64,000 bases of DNA, taken from positions 13,205,133 through 13,269,132 of the forward strand of contig OZ037771.1 in NCBI GenBank assembly GCA_964035545.1. The letters run 5' to 3'. The stretch is from Bugula neritina. Its lineage: Eukaryota; Animalia; Bryozoa. Both the position numbers and the translations under genes were made by a program. The notes below the pieces were generated by a model. It was not told the DNA's origin. It saw only the letters and a list, made by a program, of their open reading frames with translations, and searched no databases. Within the stretch, counting starts at the first letter, position 1. Every line of letters starts with the position of its first letter. Below, in pieces: positions 13,398 through 25,300 of the stretch.

Positions 13398-14382
13398 ATG
13401 AATAAAAGTTCACTCTGTATCTGCCTTTTGGTGAAGCTAGTTGATTATTCTACTGCATCAGATATATTCTCGAATAAAATGCATTGCAACAGACATTCGC
13501 TCTCCGATAAGACATCTCTGACTACCAGTTTGAATGAGATTGTCTCTCCAAGCTACACTCTCACTGAGTAAGTTTATTTGTAACTTCTTTCAAAACGTGA
13601 AGTAGGAAGTTTACTGCTTAATAATATGTTGTTATCTATAATTATATAATTATTAAATTAACATGCATGCTATTTATTTATAGAAGATACATTATGTGGA
13701 AATTCATTATAGACTGAAACTTTTTACTCCATTACAAATTAAAATTTGTTTAAATGTTCAAAAAATTATTAGTTGGTACGTAACGCTATACATAATGGAT
13801 GACGCAATGAATTGCACATCACAGTAGAAAACATGCAGCAGGGAATACAATTCCAAATTATACTTGTTCTATATCTTTTACCTTTATCAGTAATTATAGC
13901 AAAGCTTTGTAATGGATTATAAACATGAATTATTAATGTATTAAAAATTGATAAATTTTATTATGTGCGTGCAACCAATTTGACAATCTATAAAACACAT
14001 TTTTAGAAATCCAGATGAAGTTATAGAGATGAAAGTCTTTATTAAAAGAGTAAAGAGTGCTATTGGTAGAGATGGGGTAGATGATGGAGTGTGTGTGTTT
14101 GAGAAAGTTATAGACCATCAGATAACATTGAAAGATATTGAAGAGGCAGGTGATGAAGTTGTCTCCCCAATTAGTAACAAGAAGACAACTTTCAAATCTT
14201 CATTCTGCAATGTACTTAGTAGCTTCAGAAGGAAAATTAGGAATAGTAGTGACAGTGACATTAAAGCTATCTCCTATAGACAAAACAAATTCTGTTGCTC
14301 TAAAGTTACATTAAATAGAAAATGGCTAAAGGCCATTAAATCTTGTTTTATAGTAAAAAGGGATCAGTATTGTATATATTGA
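13398..14382 (+). CDS. Putative secreted orphan protein, ~181 aa, two exons (13398-13567, 14007-14382)
   Basis: Donor GA|GTAAGT and acceptor TTTTAG|A join two ORFs in frame. Signal-peptide-like N-terminus MNKSSLCICLLVKLVDYSTA. Confidence 0.55.
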
Positions 14383-14385
14383 AAT

Positions 14386-14597
14386 GGGAGCAGCCGTGGT
14401 CTAGGGGTTAAAGCGTTTGCTTTGTGAACATGAAGTCACGGGTTCGAACCCCGACAAAGGCCATTGGTGATGTTAGGAAGAGCATCCAGTCATAATTGCT
14501 TCTGTGCCTCATCTAAACAAGTCCTTAGCTCGTTTAAACAAAAACCCTTTCCATCAGGGGTTTCTCACAGGGATAGTGACTATAAACTTGTGTGAGT
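14386..14597 (+). mobile_element. tRNA-derived SINE copy 4 (full length)
   Basis: A box TGGTCTAGGGG and B box GGTTCGAACCC. 19-bp TSD AGTATTGTATATATTGAAA at 14366-14384 and 14595-14613. Confidence 0.92.
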
Positions 14598-16257
14598 ATT
14601 GTATATATTGAAACACCAGCTGTTAATTTAATTATGTTCATTTAAAGTATATGTTGATTACTGTTGTTACACATATGTATAAATGTATAGGCTATATAAA
14701 TTTTATTACCACACTATACATATATTACGTCCCTGAGATAAAAACTACAGCTAGTAGTAATTTTAATATACATGTATATTTCCAGGGCCTCCTGATCTTT
14801 TGGGTGGAGTCTTGTTTATTTCCTATAATCACTCATGTATAGCAAAACATATTTTATGGAAATAAATTATAATTTTATATTAAATAACATACTAATTGAA
14901 ACTAATTTGCAACATAATTCTGAAAATATTTAGCATATAGCAGCATTGACTGTACTGCAGTGAAGTTTTCCCAGCTGCAAGTGAAAACTTTGAGACTGCT
15001 ATTAACATAATGAAGTTCCTTTTGCTGGTATTTTCTTGAACATCAAGCAAACAACTTAATGACAGTTTACCACAAACACAACAGCTGCAAATAACATGAA
15101 AATAATTTATACAACAGTAAATAAAACATTTTAGTTTTTACAAATTGTGCAAAAAATATTTGTGTTGCATCATAATAACACACATAGCTAATATCTCGTA
15201 CAATGTAAAACTAATATATGCAGATTAATTACACAAGGCTAATGTTTGTTTGAACTCACCAAATAGACAGGTTGATGCTTATTTGTTCTGGTTATTTGCT
15301 GACCCTTTAATTAGCATTCACTTTGTTTTATTACATCATAAAATCTAGTATTATCTAACTAATAACCCTCAAGCTTTACTACCTAAAAAAGGCATCTTCA
15401 AACTCCCGTGTGTAAATCTTTTTAATCAAGTGAAGTATGCAAGAGTTGTTGGTCAATAATTGATACTGATTGAATGGTTCAATGTGTTTCCTAGTCAGAG
15501 AGTAAAGAAGATAAGAAAAGAATTTAAATGCCTTCGGTAACTGTAGCCTGTACAATTATTTATATAAATAATTTTGCAGTTTTTTGCCCAGTTAAACATA
15601 GAGAAGATCTATCTTGCCCCATGGTGATGGGATATTTTTGCAGGGTGATGGCATTTAAGCACCTAAATTCTTTAATAATTATGTTTTTACATCACAATAA
15701 TATATTAGCTGATCTGCAAAACATTTCTTTCTGTCTTAACTGGCCTGATTTGCATATAGCAAATAACTTGTAGTCTATGGTTGTATTATAGACTAAAAAC
15801 TATTTAATGCTACCAGGTATTCATTCAGGTTATAAGTGACTACAACAGGCACATAGTGTATCTTTATAACATCCTACTGCAAGCATCTCAACTCTATATA
15901 ATTCTTGTAATTTATGTCAGGAAACCAACTCATTCACCGCCATGTCAATAAAAAACTTCAAGTATGTTATATAACAGCAGCTGCATGGGGCTGTGGTACA
16001 ACTGCACCATGCAGGGTATGTTCGCAGATGTGTAATTTTCACTTGTAATTTACAAACATTTGATATAGAAATTTAAAAAGTTAAACTCAAGACTCATAGA
16101 TTCAAGATATAAAATAAAACGTCATAAACTTTTACAACTCTTTTTAGAAGCATACATTTTGCATAATTGAGCTTGCAGAATAGTGTACTAGTTGTGGTGG
16201 TGAGAGATATTAGAGTTGGTACACACTCTTGATTGGCTGAGTGTTACACTGTCTATT

Positions 16258-16303
16258 AATGGGATTTTCTACACGTGTGGCATAACGTGTAGAAAATCCC
16301 ATT
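16258..16303. other. Perfect 19-bp inverted repeat with 8-nt loop
   Basis: AATGGGATTTTCTACACGT-gtggcata-ACGTGTAGAAAATCCCATT. Confidence 0.9.
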
Positions 16304-17082
16304 TAACTGATAAACCAGAAAAGGTTTACCTGGTGGTGATTATACACAGCTATTACTGGATGTATTGATTCACTATACCCAGCATGTTAAATCAGAAATA
16401 TAATTATGGTGTAATTACTAAAGTACATTATGTTTGATTTGCAAACACAGATTTGTCAAGTGTACAGCTCCAGGCAAGATAAAGTATATTAGTAGTTCAT
16501 GATATATCAGAGTAGATTGTAAATGTTATTGCTTTAGTATTAGATTGTATGTTAGTTATTGGAAGATCTGCATTTATAACTCACTCAGCTAGAGAACTAC
16601 AAGTAGCCTGTTTTGTTGAGTATTAGTGTAACTCAAAGTGTGAGTTGGAAAGAAATTCCAAATTTTATTTGAAAGAAGATAAAGAAACTTTCTTGTAAAG
16701 CATATTTGAGCTTAATGGTATTTTTCAAATATTTGCACTATAATAAATTTTTTAACACTAAAATCCAGAAGATTTATGTGTATTGAATGTATAGTAATGC
16801 AGCTTATATAGTTGTTTAACTTATTTCCTTACAGCTATGTGGATCGTACAATATATCTTTTATTCGAAGGTATTTTCAGAAACAATTTAAATAACTTTGT
16901 GAAAGTATAGGTAATAGTTATAGGGGTGGTAACTAGCATTTTTATCTTTTGTTTTGACACAAAAAAACACAATTATGAAATCTTTCAACTTTGCAAAAGT
17001 TTAGTTTAATTTTATTGACACACACTTAGGCCTACATATTTGTATATTCTTTCTGCTCAGTGTAAACAAGGGGTGCTGTCAG

Positions 17083-18329
17083 ATGAGTTCAGAAACTAAC
17101 AACACCTCGCTGGCGTATAGTTCTGAAGAGAACACCAGCAAGTCAGTAGCTCAGATATTATCTCAACATGGTGGGTGGTCTAAACTCTCTTTTTATAACT
17201 TATAGTGAATTGTGTATAAAAGGCACCTGCAGGAACTTGCCAGGATCTCATTTTCTCTACATGAAACATAATACAGCTTTTATAAGTGTTTTGTAAAAGA
17301 AAATTCATAATAATTTTAAAGTTGAAGTTTGTCAATAGTCTCCAAATTATATTTTCAATAAATCACTGTGATAATGAAAAAATATTTTGAAAAATGTTTT
17401 TTATATTTACTTGTATTTAATACCCTATGTATATTTTATATTATTGATTGTGCCTACCATATTGGTTTTGGAATTTTAAAGGCTCATACCTGATAGGTTG
17501 CTCTGAATTAAAGCACTTCAGGTTCACCTTATGTATATTAAACAGTTATGTATAGTGTGGAGGGGGAGAAGAGGGCCTCAGTGTTTTCAGTTGTCAGCCT
17601 TTAATGCATTTTTGACAGCTCTAAGGCTCCATCATTTTGAATAACTTTTTTATACAACTTATGCTACCATAAGACTGAGAATTCACTCAAAGAAAATTGC
17701 TACGCATTTATATGATCATCACATATAGCTCCCTGTTATATAGCATACATCTAATGTGAATAATGAAATATGTGGGTAGATTGTATGTAGCTTTAAGAGC
17801 TTGTAGGGAGCAGCCGTGGTCTAGGGGTTAGAGCGTTTGCCTAGTCATGGGTTCGAGCCCTGACAAAGGCCAAGGGTGATGTTAAGAAAAGCTTCCAGTC
17901 ATAATTGCTCCTGTGCCCCATCTGAATAAGTCCTTAGCCTGATTTAACAAAAACTTCTTCCATCAGGGGTTCTCACAGGGATGGTGACTATAAACTTGCG
18001 TGAGTTTTTTAAAAGCTAGAATGAAATGGTTCAGGGCCTCAAGGTAGGCCCCTGATCAAATCTATTGAAATAGCATTTGTACCATGTGAGCTGCCTCAAT
18101 ACTTGTAGTACTCCGTGACTTATGGAACATCGTGTTCATAATATTTGGAGTGATTATAATCCTCATTCTGATTGGCTACACGGTGTACAGAAGAGCATCC
18201 TGCACATGTAGGAAGAAACTGTCACCTAAAGTCATGTATCAGGTTGGAGAGAGTGAAGCAGACGATGATAATGACGTCTGCTCAGCCAATGACATCAAAG
18301 TTGATTTCACAGTCTTACAGTGTAAGTAG
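17083..18329 (+). CDS. Small single-pass (type III-like) membrane protein, ~102 aa, exons 17083-17170 and 18109-18329
   Basis: In-frame phase-1 splice. N-terminal N-x-T/S sequons, TM segment IVFIIFGVIIILILIGYTVY, then RRASCTCRKK and an acidic tail. Confidence 0.65.
17806..18005 (+). mobile_element. tRNA-derived SINE copy 5
   Basis: Family match starting GGGAGCAGCCGTGGTCTAGGGG. Confidence 0.88.
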
Positions 18330-19318
18330 GATGTGGGGCATATTTAGATATCATTGTTTATATGCAGATATTTAGAGATTATGGCTAGCTACTCTTAAAT
18401 AAAATCAACTGTGTCTAGTAACAAACTGTTGTTTAGGAATTTGTAAAAACCTCTTCTGGGCAATCTTTAACAAACATAAGCAGATATACAAGATTAAATA
18501 TCTTTTGAATCAGCCTTTTACAAATTACTTCAATCGTAGACAAGAAGATAAGACCTCACCAGAAAGAAAGCTGGCAATTGTAAAATTTAACTTCAATCAA
18601 AATTTTTTTTAAACACCAATGTCTGAAAATAAGTTTATTCAATGATTAGCTAAAATATTTTCCTCCTAATGAAAATCTTACTTCAAGTTCAAAATAGCAT
18701 TGACACTAGTACTCTCTGTTTTAGCGGATTACTAAGCATTTTCTGTGCTGTTTTATTAGTAAAGCCTGATTCTTTGATGGTCAATCTTAAACTTTCCTTT
18801 ATAATATAATATTATTATAAAATTCTCATCCTAAAGCATCAACTCCTTGTCATAAGTTAGCAACCTATAGCATTATCAAATACATGGTAGTATTTGCACT
18901 TCCTCTACGTAGATTATATTCATCCACAGAACATTAGTTTTAAGTCAGCTGGAAATAATAAACTCTGCAAGGAAGGAGTTGAAAGAGTTTCCGAAATTTT
19001 CACTGGTTGTAGATTATAGAATTATGATTATAATTACTACAAAGTTTTCAATTCTTAGCCTATATATTAGCTTGAAGCCTGCCACACTAATTAATATATG
19101 TTTATTATAACATGAAATAATCACAAAGCAGTAAGCAAGGAGCAAATTTGATAAAATTTATCCACTTAAAGGCAGCAACTGAAAAGAATTAAACCCCTAT
19201 ATAGTAATATGCTTAAAAGTTCAAACAAATAAATACAAATAGCATTACCAACTGCATTACTGGATTTCGTCAACTGACTTATGTTCTAAGCTGTATATTA
19301 ATTTTAATATCATTACAG

Positions 19319-22300
19319 TGACTGATCAAATACGAAGGCAGAGCCATATGGAAGCACGGGAACCCGTTCCTTTAACTTCCATGCTTTATCATCAAACGTA
19401 TTTAAGAACTCAGCTAAAGGAGAAAGCTAAACCCAAGCTACCTAAAGGAAAGAAGACAAAAAGCCAATGCAAAGAATCAGTGAGTAATTTGTGTTTTTTA
19501 TAAGTTAAGGAATTCATGTTGTAAAAAAATCTTGTTATTATTATGTACTGCTTACCATATCATACTTGGGCCCAATGTTTCTGTATTAGGTATAAGGAGT
19601 GTATGCTATTATAGCTGTGCTAGAAAAACTAATTAGAGATATATGCTATTGTAGCTATACTAGCAATAAGGGATATATGCTATTGTAGCTATACTGGGAA
19701 CAAAGTATATGTGCTATTGTAGCTATGCTAGAAACAAGGGACATATACTATTGTCTCTGTTTGTATATATCAACTATAGTATTTTGCACAGTCAAAGAAT
19801 GTGGCTGTCACGAAACTTTCTGGTGAAACCCTGATATCCAGTACTACCGGGAACACTGAGTCGAATGCACCACCAGCAACAGGAGCAAACAACTCCAACC
19901 AAACTGCTGACGTATTCTTCAATAGAAAGATAAATGTAATAGCTTGTAGCTCAGAACCTCTGTATTATAGCTTGAACAACTACGGGCTACAGCAAACTAT
20001 GGGACTGTGTAAGCATACAACCCTTATTAATTGAAACAAAGTAAGATCAAAAGCTATATTGTCAACTTTCATTACTTTGATAGTTTCACAGCTAATGAAT
20101 TATTACTCATCTTTATAGTGAGAAGACAACTCTCGAAACTCAAATATGGTGATTTGATCAGACTAGTGCCATTGAGTAATTCATATATTGTAGTAATTTG
20201 TGCAATTACTGTGCGTGGGTTCCTAGCTTTGTAATTATAGTCTATTTATCCACATCAACAAAGTATTTAAGTGAGATTCACGAGGTTTATTTATTGCTAA
20301 GTATATAGAAAGATATAAAAAGTACGCAGACTTGAAACACTACATCTTTACTCGCTTAGTACGCTCTCTCTCTACTACTACTACTACTACTACACGCTGA
20401 GGGTTATCACATGACGCAGTCTGATTGGCTAAAGGGGCTTGGGGGACGCGCGTATTACGTACTCACTACACCGCCCCCCCCAGCAGAAAGCCCTACTTTC
20501 TGATAACACAGATACAGTTGATACTAAGACATAAACGTTACAAAACTATAAAACTGAGAGAGCGTATGGCACATAAAAGAAAGAACACGACTATGTACAG
20601 TAATAAAAAGTATATATATATATAAAAAAAATATATAACAGTAAAACACACGATGACACTGACGGGAGGCACTTGTGGTGAATAGTCTATGGTTAGAGAT
20701 GCATACTTGTAGGTTACTATAAGATTGTCACACTGAGGAATTGTTTGTTAGCACCGGGCATGAGAGGGGTTCGAGACGGGGGGGGGGGGGCACCACCTGC
20801 GGTACCATCACGGGTAGGGAGTTTAGGGATGTTGTTTTCAGGCGCTTCCTTTCATTCGGGCTACAGAGGCAGAGAGTGCCCGGAGTTCAGATGCGGCGGC
20901 AGAGATTCTCGGTGTCAGTCTTTGCACTTCTTTCTTTAGTTCTCGTATCCGCTCTTCTGCTTCTCCTAGGTTCCGGGCGGGGGCAGAGTGCCGGTTGGGG
21001 GACGAAGATGGCCAACGCCGTTTACGAGAAGGCCTTGGGGAGACGGGGGGAGAGGGACGCCATCGCTGTGGTACTTCGATGCGTCGTAGCACGACTCTGG
21101 GTATGGAGTCGGGGCGGGGCACTGTGCGTGCGGGGGGTGATGGACGGGGTACGTGTGGTCTCCTATATCCGGGTGGTTTAGGGCAGGGTCCCTGGGTGAT
21201 GGTCCTGGGTGTGGGGAATTCCTGACGCAGCCGTTCGTAGCGAGCCGGGTCTGATATGAACGGTCGGATGAGATCAAGGAATTGTGGAAAGGAGGGTTCG
21301 TCAACTTCGAAGAGGTGTCCAACATGGCATCCCATAGTCCGCTGGTGACGGAGGATGTAGTCCCTGTGGTAACTATATTCACCACAGGGACAAAAGGTGG
21401 TGAAATAATGTTGGGGAATGTGAACTCGGAGTCTTCGTGGTGTGGTGAAATGAAGCTGGCATAAACGGCAGGTGGTGCATTTGTCGTCGCCCTTGTGCTC
21501 TCGTATAAGTGCTTCTGTGTCTGGGGTAACCCAGCATGGCTGATGTAAGAGTGCCTCCGGAAGTGTAGTGGGAACGGGTTCCTCGTTCCAAGCCATTTCT
21601 AATGACGGCATGTCACCAGGAAGAGGAGAGAGAGCTGTATCTAAAAGAGCAGAATTACTGTTAGATCGAGTGTGATCTTTACACCATAATTCTGATGACA
21701 ACCGACTGTTACTAGTCTGGGAGTCATACATCTTTTTAGATAGAACTCGAGGGACTGAGTCGTGTCGTGTAGACTGACAGAGAGACATAGTGTCAAGCTC
21801 CAGATCTAGTAGATCGTCGGCCATCGTTATGTTCTCGTCGCCTTTCACGTAAGACTCAGTCCCCAGTAGTTGTGATTCAATCAAGGCGATTAAATCAGAA
21901 CTGACTGATGGTAGACTTGTTTCCATGAGTGGAAATGTTAGCTCAGAGCAAGCTTACCTGAGAACCCGGTATTTGTAATCATACTCAGCGTTCAAGCTTG
22001 GATGTCCGTGGATTGAGTTTGAATGCGTCTGCCCTTGACAACGTCAGCGTAGGAAAAGACTGGGCAGCGTGGTTGTTGCGCACGGCTGGAACTATTTGCC
22101 CCGGGCGTAGTAGTTTTGTTTACTACTCCGCCTTCGCAAAAGTTGAGATTTCCGTGGTGTTCACAACTCCCACGCTTTGTTGCCAGTCCTTCCGTACGGC
22201 GCCCAGCTGGACTTTCGTAACTGCCGTTTGTAACACGGTCACATACGAAGTCTTTCAGGTATGCTGGGGGTTGTCTAGTACGCTGTCCCCGTTCCAGGGG

Positions 22301-25300
22301 AGGTGACGTATTAGCTGGAGAGGGGGTTGTAGTTGTTGGTTGGGGCGGTGTACTCACTGGTGGGCTATTTTGCTCTACCTGTGGTGTTTCTGGCCCGTCG
22401 TTGATGATGGCATTTCCCTCTCCGCTGTTGTCTCCGGATGGAGCCCCTCCCACGGGGGGGTTTTGCACTTCCGGACGCGGATGCGGATCCGGAAGTGGTG
22501 GGGGTAGACTTGGTACTGGAGGCGGTGGGCGCACTTCCGTTGGTGGGAGTGGCGTTTCCTGTCTCACCAAGTCCTCCTCCCGCGGCACAACCACTTCGTA
22601 TTCTGGTCCGTGCCGTTGCCGCCCGCGCGTTGCTGTCTGCCTCCTGGGCTCCAACAACGGGGGGGGGCTGCTACTGCTGCTCCTGGGCTAGCCCAATACG
22701 GTTTCAAGCGGGCTTCATTCTGGACAGAGACCTGCCCAGATCGCTCCAACTTGTACGTATGATTGGGCATTGCCTCAACTACTACGTAGGGTCCCACAAA
22801 CTTAGGCTGGAGCTTAGCCGCTTGTCCTCGACGCCTACGGTAGTTGATCATCCACACCCAGTCTCCAGTTTGATAGAGGGGTGGTTCCTGAGAGTCCTCT
22901 TGCCGTACTTGCCACTGCTTTGCCCGCAGTATTTCGTGTGCGGCCCTCAGGTCCTCTATCAATTTACTGGCATACTCGTGGATGGTATAGTCTTGCTCTG
23001 GGATGTGGTATGTGAGGTGGTCAGGCACTCGCGTCTCTCGACCGAGCATCAGGAGGTTAGGGGTTTCCCCTGTACTGGTGTGTGGTGCACTACGGTAGGC
23101 CCGCATGACTTGCGGTAGTACCGTATCCCACTCCTCCTGACCCCGGCCAAGGAGCAGACTGCGCAGTGCATCGCCCAACATGCGGTTGTTGCGTTCTACC
23201 ACCCCGTTGCCCTGAGGATGGTACGGGGTGGTCCTGCTTTGATTTACTCCCCAGAGGCGGCAGAGGTCGCTCAACAGTTGGGACTGGAATTGAGCCCCCT
23301 GATCCGAATGTATTTGCTCGGGTAGTCCAAGATAGCAGAATACATTTTGGTCCAGCACCCTGGCCACCGTGGGGGCGGACACATTTGGAATAGCCAGGGC
23401 GTCCGCCCACCGAGTAAAGTGGTCGGTTAATACTAGGATCCAACTGTTTCCTCTGGGGGTGACGGGCATGGGTCCGACTAGGTCGATAGCTACCACCTGC
23501 CATGGCCTTCCAGCATATAGCCTACGCCGTCCCGCTTCGCCAGGGAGACGGCAATGCTTGCTGGCCTGGCAGATTTCGCATTGTTTGACTCTACGCCGTA
23601 CCTCCCGCTCCATGCCGGGCCAGTACCACCGGAGCTGTAACTTGGAGAGCACCCTGCTTACCCCGGCGTGGGCCTGTTTGTGGGTGTCCCATACTAACTC
23701 TCGGCGTATGGCGGCTGGGCAGATCACCCTCTTCCTTCCATACTGGCTGTTGTGAGCTGCCACTGTGATGGTCAGCAGACCATCTGGCCCGATCCGCAGC
23801 GAGTCCCAACGTTGACAGTACGACCGTAACTCGGTGCATCCCTGCAGCAGTTGTTCTTCACTGGGTTGTCGCCCCTCCTTTTTGGCACGATATACGTCGG
23901 CTACTACTCCGGGGAGGTCCTCCTGGAGTCTTCGTAGCTCCCTGACGTTATCAGCCAAGACAGGATTGGCACGGAGGCGTTGGATAGCCTCCGGGGGCGT
24001 AGTGGCCTTCTGTAGGAGTTGACCCTGGTCCCAGTCATACTCCGTTTCAGAGTGGTTCAATGCTCTCAACTCGGATTTTGGGGGACCTCCATCCCTCTTC
24101 TCGATGTTGAGGCATTGTTTGCACCCCTCGTCCGGTCGCCGGCTCAGTCCATCAGCATTGCCGTGTTTCTTACCGGGCCGATGCTCGATCCGGTAAGAGA
24201 ACTTGGCCAGGAGCCATCGGGCGACTTGACTGGACGGTTCTGCTCTCTTGCATAACCAAATCAAGGAGGCGTGGTCAGTCCGCAAGCGGAACTTCCTGCC
24301 GTATAGATAAGGTCTGAAATGCTTCACCGACTTGATTACTGCCAGCAGTTCCTTTCGGGTAGTGCAGTAATTTCGTTCAGTGGGCGAGAGAGACTTACTG
24401 TAATAGGCCACGACCACTTCGCGGCCCTCCTGCACCTGGGACAGCACAGCGCCGACATTTTGGTCGCTGGCGTCAGTATCGAGGATGTACTCCAGGGCAG
24501 GGTCTGGATAGGCTAAGATAGGGGCCTCTAGCAGGCGGCCCTTGAGGCAGTCGAACGCTCTCTGTTCGACGGGAGTCCACTGCCAGGTCACCCCTTTGCG
24601 GTGAGCCGGTTTAACGGCTGCGCTACCCCCGCAAAGTCTGGTATGTATTGTCTGTAATACCCTACCAGCCCCAGGAAAGCCTGTAGCCCGGTCAAATCCT
24701 GAGGGGTTACCCAATCTTCTATAGCTCGTACCTTTTCAGGATCCGTCGCCACACCGTGTCGGCCGACGACGTGCCCTAGGTACTTCACCTCTGGCTGCAA
24801 GAGAGCGCACTTGGAGGGTTTGAGCTTCAGATTGGCACCTCGGAGTCGATCGAAGACCTCCCGCAGACGGCTGACGTGTGTTTGAAAGTCTGGGGAGATC
24901 ACGATGACGTCGTCGAGGTATACCAGCAGTGTCTTCCAGTGGAGTCCACTGAGGACCTGTTCCATGAGCCTCTGGAACGTGGCGGGGGCGGAAGTTAGTC
25001 CAAAGGGGAGGACTTTCCACTTCCATAAGCCGTCCCGCGTGATGAACGCCGCCTTCTCCTGGGCGTCCGGGCTGAGAGGGACCTGCCAATAGCCGCTCAA
25101 CAAGTCTAGCGTACTGAAGTACTTGCTGCCGGCTAAGGCTTCCAGAGATTCGTCGATCCTGGGTAAGGGGTAGGCGTCCTGTATGGTCACGCTATTGAGC
25201 TTGCGATAATCCACACAGAACCGCCAACTGCCGTCTTTCTTTCGGACCAGGACGACCGGCGAGCTCCACGCACTATGTGCTGGCTCGATGAGGCCGCGGT

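Noticed and set aside
13398-14382. Insulin-like peptide
   Set aside because: Cys spacing (CC-x14-C) does not fit the insulin A-chain CC-x3-C-x8-C pattern.
14386-14455. Functional tRNA genes at SINE heads
   Set aside because: No complete acceptor stem; each head continues into a shared SINE body, with TSDs on some copies.
20838-21926. ORF3 as env
   Set aside because: It has no signal peptide, TM helix or fusion-protein pattern, and has zinc fingers instead.
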